Part shown: one piece after another, positions 57,266 through 64,000 of the stretch | How the letters are laid out: every line of letters starts with the position of its first letter | Position numbering within the stretch: position 1 is the stretch's first letter | Assembly (NCBI GenBank): GCA_963707955.1 | Contig: OY970176.1 | Coordinates: 1,920,001 to 1,984,000 of the forward strand | Source of the DNA: Candidatus Bathyarchaeota archaeon | Lineage (GTDB): Archaea; Thermoproteota; Bathyarchaeia; Bathyarchaeales; Bathycorpusculaceae | Direction of reading: 5' to 3' | DNA: 64,000 bases | Notes under the pieces: generated by a model | Seen by the model: only the letters and a program-made list of their open reading frames with translations | What the model was told of the DNA's origin: nothing | The model's database searches: none | Made by a program: the position numbers and the translations under genes

Positions 57266-58534
57266 TCAGGTCCTTTTTTCCAAGTCTTGCTTCAGCAGCA
57301 CAACGCTCTTAGGCGGGAGGTCCCGTGAGACCAGAACGTTCGGGCCGACCCAGCTGTCGTTTCCAACCTTTACGCCCGGCATGAAAAGCGCGTTTATCCC
57401 GGTCTTCACGTTGTCGCCGAAGAGTACTCCAAGCTTTGTTCTTCCGGTGTCCACAACCTTGTCTTTCACCATCATCCTGACCGTTTCAGCGTCAAGCCGA
57501 TAATTGGCGGTTATCGTGCCAGCAGCGATGTTGCAGTTTTCACCGACTACGCTGTCACCGACGTATGACAAGTGGCCTATGTGCGTGCCGTCCATCACGA
57601 TGCTGTTCTTAACCTCGCAGGCGTTTCCCACCCGCACCCTTTTGCCGACGCTCGTGTATGGTCGTATGTAGCAGTTTGGTCCCACATCGCTCTCTTCATC
57701 GATGTAGGCTGGGCCTTCAACGTATGCTCCTGAGCGTACGCGAGCCGTTTCTGCAACGGTTACCTGTCCGATCAAGTGGGCACCATTCTCGATGAAGCCG
57801 TTTATCTTGTGTTTCATCCGCATCAACGCCCAACGGTTTGCCTCCAGCAGGTCCCATGGTCTTCCAACGTCAAGCCACTGCTCGCCGGCGATCTGGGCAG
57901 CCAACACGGTCTTCTCGTTGATGAGTAGCGAGAGCGCATCTGGGATTTCCATCTCACCCCTAGCCGAAGCAGAAATCTGCTTGAGCTTACCAAAAATCTC
58001 TGTTGAAAAAACATAGATTCCAGCGTTAGCCAAGTTTGATGGGGATTCTCCACGGGCAGGTTTCTCGATTATCCGCCTCACCCTTCCTCCATCCTCAAGT
58101 TCCACTATGCCGTAGTTCTCTGGATTTTCAACAGGAACGACAGCCATGGTGGCCGTCGGCTTTTCTTTTTGATGCAAGTCGACAACGGTCCCAACAGCCT
58201 CAGCGTCGAAGAGCAGGTCTCCGTTAACGAGCAGGAAATCTTCGTGCACGAATGGTTCGACCACGCTTACCGCGTTGCCTGTTCCAAGCACCGCCTTCTG
58301 GTCGACGTATTCGATGTTCAACCCATATTTTCTACCGTCGCCAAAATATGCGCGTATGGCATCTGCCATGTAATAGACGACTATGACCGCTTCGTTCACT
58401 CCGGAAGCCTTCAAAGCGTTTAGGCAGTGTTCGAGTATTGGTTTTCCACCGACCTTTATCAGATGCTTCGGCCTAGTTGCCGTTATGGGCTGAAGCCTTA
58501 ATCCTTCTCCAGCGGCCAAGATCGCAGCTTTCAT
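57266..58534 (-). CDS. glmU: Bifunctional sugar-1-phosphate nucleotidylyltransferase/acetyltransferase
   Basis: LAAGEGLRL...RPK, hexapeptide repeats, HLSYVGDS. Confidence 0.9.
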   Translation of the reverse strand: MKAAILAAGEGLRLQPITATRPKHLIKVGGKPILEHCLNALKASGVNEAVIVVYYMADAIRAYFGDGRKYGLNIEYVDQKAVLGTGNAVSVVEPFVHEDFLLVNGDLLFDAEAVGTVVDLHQKEKPTATMAVVPVENPENYGIVELEDGGRVRRIIEKPARGESPSNLANAGIYVFSTEIFGKLKQISASARGEMEIPDALSLLINEKTVLAAQIAGEQWLDVGRPWDLLEANRWALMRMKHKINGFIENGAHLIGQVTVAETARVRSGAYVEGPAYIDEESDVGPNCYIRPYTSVGKRVRVGNACEVKNSIVMDGTHIGHLSYVGDSVVGENCNIAAGTITANYRLDAETVRMMVKDKVVDTGRTKLGVLFGDNVKTGINALFMPGVKVGNDSWVGPNVLVSRDLPPKSVVLLKQDLEKRT

Positions 58535-58535
58535 C

Positions 58536-59906
58536 CTACTTCACTTTCCTAGCGGACTGCTCGACTAGCATAACGCCTTTTTCCATTATCTTCTTTGCTG
58601 TTCTTAACGATTCACCCTCAACCGTCAGCCTTATCACAGGCTCAGTGCCGGATGCCCTAATAAGGATCCATCCGTCTTCTAAGGATAAACGGACGCCGTC
58701 AACTCTTGACAGCTCGGTGTTTCCTGGAAAGACCTGCTCAAAGTTTTCACCGATTTTCTCGACAACTTCGTGTTTTGCGTCATCGTTACAAGTCATGTTC
58801 TTTCTCAGGGTTTCGTACTTGGGTGTTTCGGAGATGAGCTCTGTTAACTTCTTGCCTTCTTCATCTAGGGCTTTCAGAAGCAGGGCTGAAGAAAGTATTC
58901 CGTCTGGACAGTAGTGGAATTGAGGATGTATCCAGGCGCCGCACGGTTCTCCTCCGAAAATGGCGTTCTGCTTTTTTATTGCTTCCGAGAGGTAGATGTC
59001 GCCGACTCTTGTCCTCAGAACCTTGCCGCCATACGGCTCCACCATTTTTTCAACACACATCGAAGCCTCAACGTTTGTTACGACGATTCCACCGTTCTTC
59101 TCCTTTGTAACGTACGCGGCATAAGCGGCCAGTGCACGGTCAAAGTCTGCCAGATTTCCCTCTTCGTCTATGAAAGCCACTCGGTCACCGTCGCCGTCGT
59201 AAGCCACGCCTAAATCTGCGCCCAGCTCCACGACAGTCCTAGCGAAAGGCGCCAAAGACTCCTCGTTTGGTTCAGGGCTTCTGGCTGGAAAAAACCCGTC
59301 TGGCTGAGAGTTCAAGGCCGTAACCTTGCAGCCTAAAGATGCTAGAACTGTCGGGGCCAAGCTGAATGTTGCTCCGCAGCCCGAATCCACTATCAGATGC
59401 CGTTTCTTGCGAAGTTTCACGGCATTGCGAATCATTTCAACGTACAGGCGCGACTGGTCTTCGGATTGAGTGTCGCCGATGTCTCGCCAATCTGTCAGAT
59501 TGAACCTCTTATCCTCGATGATTTTTTCGATCGCGTTCTCACTCTGCTCACCGTAGGCCATGCTATCACTGTGGAAGATCTTTATGCCATTGTACTGAGG
59601 TGGGTTGTGTGAAGCCGTAATCATCACGCCCGCGCCTGCGTCCATTCTGCGAGTTAGAAAAGCCAACACTGGAGTCGGCAGGATTCCCATGTCTTTGACG
59701 TTGGCTCCCCCTGACAGAAGGCCAGAAACCAAGGCGTTTGCAAGCATTGCGCCTGAGCTTCTTGTGTCCCGAGCAACAAGCACCTTGCTTGCCTTGGAAA
59801 ACGCTGCAATAGCCATACCTATCTGGGCTGCCAGGACCGGTGTGAGGTCAACGTTGACCAGGCCACGCACCCCCGAGCTGCCGAACAATCTTGGCAAGCT
59901 TTCCAC
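58536..59906 (-). CDS. glmM: Phosphoglucosamine mutase (phosphohexomutase family)
   Basis: FGSSGVRG, TASHNP, DGDGDR, RASGTEP. Confidence 0.9.
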   Translation of the reverse strand: MESLPRLFGSSGVRGLVNVDLTPVLAAQIGMAIAAFSKASKVLVARDTRSSGAMLANALVSGLLSGGANVKDMGILPTPVLAFLTRRMDAGAGVMITASHNPPQYNGIKIFHSDSMAYGEQSENAIEKIIEDKRFNLTDWRDIGDTQSEDQSRLYVEMIRNAVKLRKKRHLIVDSGCGATFSLAPTVLASLGCKVTALNSQPDGFFPARSPEPNEESLAPFARTVVELGADLGVAYDGDGDRVAFIDEEGNLADFDRALAAYAAYVTKEKNGGIVVTNVEASMCVEKMVEPYGGKVLRTRVGDIYLSEAIKKQNAIFGGEPCGAWIHPQFHYCPDGILSSALLLKALDEEGKKLTELISETPKYETLRKNMTCNDDAKHEVVEKIGENFEQVFPGNTELSRVDGVRLSLEDGWILIRASGTEPVIRLTVEGESLRTAKKIMEKGVMLVEQSARKVK

Positions 59907-60017
59907 GTCACCTGAAGTATCGAACTGTCACATTGATGAAAAGGACCTGCTCCTTTAAAAGTTAGGCGACATTTCAACATCGGCGCTCGTAGCTGGTCTG
60001 CCCGTTTTCGGTCGTTG

Positions 60018-60827
60018 TTAGCCGAGAATGAGGCGTATGCACACCCAGACGATGTCACCCGCAAACAAGGCAACGATCAGACCTGCCGTGACGAATATGA
60101 GCATGGGGAGGCCCGGGGTAGCCCAAACTTTATCTCTCATGCGGCCGGCTTCGATGGCTTTATCCAATCTTTCAACCATCTCGTTTCTACCTTCGTCTTT
60201 CGGCAGGATGACCAGTTTTCTCTTGAAGCTTCCTTCTGCGTTTTCCTCGACGTCCTCCATGGGATACACGTGCCACTTCTCCTTCAACTTGCTGATGGAA
60301 ACTTTGTACCCTGTTATTAACACCAGGATCTTCTTTCCAAGAGATTCGTTCTTGTGGTCTCCTTCAAACAGGGGTTGTCGAGTTCTGAAGCGTGAAGACA
60401 CGTTGTAGAGCAGGATTGCTATTGCCGTAAGCGCTGCGAACAGTACCGAGTTGGTGAAAACGGTTATTGGGAAAAAGGTTGTTGAGATCGGTGAAGGCTG
60501 ACCTGTTAACGGTGTCAACAGCTTCTCAGGATAGAAAGGCAAGGCAAGTGCCAAGCACATGAGCGCTTTTGCGTCTGCCCCTCCGAAGCCGCCTGAGTAA
60601 TAGAGCAGTAGCGCGAAGGCCGCGGTTAAACCGAAGCAAGCACCATACCCGATCAGTTGTGAGGGTTCATAGAGAAAGAGTTCTGTGTATGTGAGTGCGA
60701 AAGATAAAGGTGCGAGCGCCAGCCAAACGTTGTCGCTTACTTCGCGGGATTTGTGGTCACTCCAAGAAGCATAAAGCAGAAAGAGCAAAACTGTCGTTGA
60801 TCTTGCTAAGTCAAATATTACTTGCAC
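60018..60827 (-). CDS. A24-family prepilin/prearchaellin peptidase
   Basis: SWSD..SREV, GGADAK, VWATPGLPM. Confidence 0.88.
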   Translation of the reverse strand: MQVIFDLARSTTVLLFLLYASWSDHKSREVSDNVWLALAPLSFALTYTELFLYEPSQLIGYGACFGLTAAFALLLYYSGGFGGADAKALMCLALALPFYPEKLLTPLTGQPSPISTTFFPITVFTNSVLFAALTAIAILLYNVSSRFRTRQPLFEGDHKNESLGKKILVLITGYKVSISKLKEKWHVYPMEDVEENAEGSFKRKLVILPKDEGRNEMVERLDKAIEAGRMRDKVWATPGLPMLIFVTAGLIVALFAGDIVWVCIRLILG

Positions 60828-60936
60828 AGCGACACCGTTGCAGATCTTCTGTCGTTATTGCTCTAGAACTTAATAAGTTAGCACGTGTTGGCACAAGAAG
60901 CGTTGCGAATCGTTTAGGGCGAAGTTCTCGATTTTC

Positions 60937-61374
60937 CTAAGAGGTTCCTGCTAGCTGTCCAAATGGTCCTAGGATCTGCTCTTGAGCTATGACTTTGAAG
61001 TAATACGTTGTGCCTGACGTCCAGTTATAGTTTACCGTAATTCTCGCTACATGGCCCGCCGCGCACGTTTCCGGAAGAGATGAGCTTGTCAAGTTCTCCA
61101 GCGTTGAGGATGATGTCCCAACATAAACTTGGATTAAGTGCGCGTCAGAAGTTCCTGTGTTTTCTATGTCAATATCTATCTTGTCATTTGCGGTTCCGTA
61201 GAAATTGACGTTTGCCTGCTTCAAGAAGACGCCTGCTTGGGTTGCAGTGCTGTTCACGTAGGTCATGACCCAAGCGTACGTCACGACGATTGCCGCCACC
61301 GCTATGACTACTAACAGCAGAGTGGCAAGTATCGGTGAAATTGCTCTTCGCGACTTCACGATTTTTTCTGTCAA
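60937..61374 (-). CDS. Archaeal type IV pilin
   Basis: Class III signal RRA/ISPILATLLLVVIAVAA. Confidence 0.88.
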   Translation of the reverse strand: MTEKIVKSRRAISPILATLLLVVIAVAAIVVTYAWVMTYVNSTATQAGVFLKQANVNFYGTANDKIDIDIENTGTSDAHLIQVYVGTSSSTLENLTSSSLPETCAAGHVARITVNYNWTSGTTYYFKVIAQEQILGPFGQLAGTS

Positions 61375-61427
61375 ACATGTTCACCCTTGTCTGCATAGCA
61401 AATCTCGCGATTCATTATTTAACTCGT

Positions 61428-61487
61428 ATGAACTCGAAATCCACATTCGAAACAACTGCGAAGCACACGACATGAACTCGAAATCCA
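61428..61487 (-). promoter_or_regulatory. 16-bp direct repeats upstream of the pilin promoter
   Basis: ATGAACTCGAAATCCA at 61428-61443 and 61472-61487; TATA-like TTAAATAA on the minus strand at about 61415-61422. Confidence 0.55.
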
Positions 61488-61515
61488 TCCTCAGCACGGT
61501 GGAACAACCGTGCCA

Positions 61516-63999
61516 TCATAGCTGAATGTTCACTCCCGTCACTGCAACTGTCGGCGGGTACTCCACGAGAATCCACAAGCCTGTTTGATCGGTACTGTTG
61601 TAGATTGAAGTTGCAGTTGTGTTGAATGTGGCGACGGCACCGTACCAAATCATATCCTGCATGCGGGAATCTAAGGTCGTGTTGAAAGTCAGTTGGGACT
61701 TTGCTACTGGCGTTAATTGAATTGTACCGGTCGAATTTGTGTTCAGCCCTCCAGTCTTTATGCCTGTGATAGTGTCAAAGATGTAGAGATACTGGTTGGC
61801 ATTGTCGGTGAACATTATTCCAGCTCCTGTCGTTCCTGAAATGATCTGGCTCCAATGATGAGCCCACGTTGAGACTGAGTAATTGTAGAACAGATCGGTG
61901 GCGTTCGAAACGATCGGCAAGCCGTTAGCCGTTCCGTTTTCGGTCTGCACCTGACCCGTCAACGAAGTCAACTGCACTGGGCACAAGTTGTTAATCGTTC
62001 TGTTCTGCTGCGACTGAACGAAGAACAAGCTCAGCTGATACGTATAGTACGTCGCATTAGCTGGCAGGGTTAACACAATATCAGAATAAACGTCTGAGCA
62101 ATTAGGGTTGGTTACACCACCATTTTGCCATTCAGCTTCCTGATGGACGATGTCTCTTACAACGCCACTCGTGATTACATATGAGGGACCCGCCCCATAA
62201 TAGCCTGGGTTGCCGTTAATTTGCATGAAATTGGCCGTAGATGACGAGTTTCCAACAGTGAAGGTCACAGGTTCAAAGTTGCCTTGAAACCGGAGCGTTG
62301 CAAGGCGGTTCGAGATTATTCCAGAACCAGGCGAGTCGTTAAAGTACCGGTTCGTGTATGCAAGGGGTGTCTGCGTGGCTGTGTCGCTTCCGTTCCACCA
62401 CATTGTGACTTTTGAAGTATTCGACGTCGCGAGGAAGACGAGCATTGTTCTACCGCTGAAAAGGCTCATGTTACTCGTCAAGCCCTGTGGAACTTGATAT
62501 CCCGAGGACCAGTCTTCTATTTGGAACGGAACCTCGCCGTTCACGCCGTTTATGGTCTCGTTAACGTGGATCGATTTCACTGGCACTGGAGGAACGGGCA
62601 ACGTTGAATTAGAATTTGTTAGGACTAAGTTTTGTCCAAGCCACCGCATCGTGCCGTCCTGCAGTAGCTCTACAGTGATCGTTCCTTGTTTTGACAACGA
62701 GTACAGGTCTACGTTGGTTGAAACAAACAGTACGTTAGTTGCGCTTGTTTGATTGCTTAAGGCCAAGGTTGTGTCATCTATTCTGAGGTGAACGTTTACG
62801 CCTGACATGGCGGTTGATACGTCAACGTAGTAGTCTATTTCCAAGTAGTCAGTTTGGTCCACGACGGTGTAGTTAACCCAAGAGTAAGTTCCAGACAATG
62901 TTGTTGGAGCTGACGTGAAATTAGCGGAAGGGGCTACGTTTGTCGCTATCGCTGTTCTGATCGTGCCGTCTGATCTTAGAATTGAAATGTTGATGTCCCC
63001 GTGAACAGACGGCGGTTGCACTGTAGGCTTCAGCGTCACGATGGAAACTGCCCAGTCAGCGCTCCCGGACAGGTTCCAAGACATCGTTAGACTGCCCGTT
63101 ACAGGTCCCATCTCGCTGCCATGGTCTCTGTTGTTCGAGTTGGGGCTCTGAAAGGTCGTAGCGTTGTCCCATCTCATCGTCTGACCAGTTCCTTCGGAAA
63201 CCACACTCGGTGCTTGATTGCCAGGGTATCTTACAGCCACGTTTCCTACCAGAAAGCTGTTAGACGTGCTGACGGTTATGCTTGCGGAAGGTGAGCTTGA
63301 CGATCCACTTCCTCCAGATGAATCTCCAGATACCGGCGGCGTTTGGGAAACACCTGAGTAGGTTACCGAACCGCCGGTTGCCTTTGTATTTGCGGAGAGG
63401 TTCACAGTGACCGTGCTTGTTCCTGTACTAGGTGCAATCAGATACCAAATTTCGCTACGAATGTTTTGGCCTTGATCGGTATCTGCTCTTAGAAATGTCA
63501 GACTTTGACTGCCATACGAAATGCTTGTAACCTTCTCGCTCCCACTTGACAACTTGATTGAGACTCCAACTATCATTGTCCTGTTTGAGCCTGAACCAGT
63601 TGTGTGCTTCCACGTAATTGTCGTTGCGCCATTTCCATTGTTTCCAGAGCTTGAGCTGTCAAAGGTTATGGTGTTTGCACTGCTACTAAACCATGCCCTG
63701 TAATTCAATGTCCAAGCGCTTGTCGGGATTGAAGAAACACCTGTCAGAGGATAAACAAACTTGCCCATCAGTTGTCTTCCTATGCTTCCTGCGCTGGCGT
63801 TGAGCGTTAATCCAGAAGCGTCAGCACTGCTGTTTTTCAACAGATAATAGGTTGAATTGCCAACTGTCGCAGTCTCCTGATGTGCATAGAGTGTCAGAGC
63901 GGAAACGCCAGACGTGGAGTTCCAAGTCAACGCGACATTGTAACTGTTGAACGAAGCAGCGACAGTAATGATTCCTCTTTGGTCTTCCACCTGAACAAC
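61516..63999 (-). CDS. Large S/T/N-rich surface or pilus-associated glycoprotein (5' part outside the window)
   Basis: Frame open to the window edge, many N-x-S/T sequons, upstream of pilin and prepilin peptidase. Confidence 0.75.
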   Translation of the reverse strand, partial: VVQVEDQRGIITVAASFNSYNVALTWNSTSGVSALTLYAHQETATVGNSTYYLLKNSSADASGLTLNASAGSIGRQLMGKFVYPLTGVSSIPTSAWTLNYRAWFSSSANTITFDSSSSGNNGNGATTITWKHTTGSGSNRTMIVGVSIKLSSGSEKVTSISYGSQSLTFLRADTDQGQNIRSEIWYLIAPSTGTSTVTVNLSANTKATGGSVTYSGVSQTPPVSGDSSGGSGSSSSPSASITVSTSNSFLVGNVAVRYPGNQAPSVVSEGTGQTMRWDNATTFQSPNSNNRDHGSEMGPVTGSLTMSWNLSGSADWAVSIVTLKPTVQPPSVHGDINISILRSDGTIRTAIATNVAPSANFTSAPTTLSGTYSWVNYTVVDQTDYLEIDYYVDVSTAMSGVNVHLRIDDTTLALSNQTSATNVLFVSTNVDLYSLSKQGTITVELLQDGTMRWLGQNLVLTNSNSTLPVPPVPVKSIHVNETINGVNGEVPFQIEDWSSGYQVPQGLTSNMSLFSGRTMLVFLATSNTSKVTMWWNGSDTATQTPLAYTNRYFNDSPGSGIISNRLATLRFQGNFEPVTFTVGNSSSTANFMQINGNPGYYGAGPSYVITSGVVRDIVHQEAEWQNGGVTNPNCSDVYSDIVLTLPANATYYTYQLSLFFVQSQQNRTINNLCPVQLTSLTGQVQTENGTANGLPIVSNATDLFYNYSVSTWAHHWSQIISGTTGAGIMFTDNANQYLYIFDTITGIKTGGLNTNSTGTIQLTPVAKSQLTFNTTLDSRMQDMIWYGAVATFNTTATSIYNSTDQTGLWILVEYPPTVAVTGVNIQL

Positions 64000-64000
64000 G

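Noticed and set aside
1-64000. CRISPR array, tRNA or rRNA genes
   Set aside because: No regularly spaced repeats; GGTTCG-like strings near 4183 and 56122 lack cloverleaf context

Overview
Archaeal chromosomal segment, most likely Bathyarchaeia (inferred from the archaeal-type ACDS, TgtA, long Lsm, PAC2, class III pilin, PEF-CTERM and IRGWLPK-motif membrane proteins). Left: hdrB 3' end, two hdrA-like genes, mvhD and an ADP-forming acyl-CoA synthetase-GNAT fusion. About 8.9-26.2 kb is an accessory, island-like block with OsmC, DUF1847, a DUF134-Mrp-NifX-CDF operon, TrmO, MFS, two ArsC, DUF47, an ArsR-linked operon of four DGC proteins plus GcvH plus ferredoxin, and a P-type H+-ATPase. The block has a ribbon-helix-helix remnant at one end, an integrase-like C-terminal mini-ORF at the other, and is flanked by a 17-bp direct repeat. 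It is followed by cooC-cooC-cdhABCDE, cooT, a fused MetV-MetF with a (ferredoxin-MvhD)x2 partner, and housekeeping and surface genes. The most striking unexplained signal is non-coding: alternating (GC)n tracts sit at gene boundaries of the accessory regions, and some belong to a 24-bp motif (GCGCGC-N10-CTAAATTC) that forms the inverted ends of small repeated elements. This suggests a possibly undescribed cassette or recombination system. No rRNA, tRNA or CRISPR array was seen. All family assignments come from motif recognition only; no searches were run.
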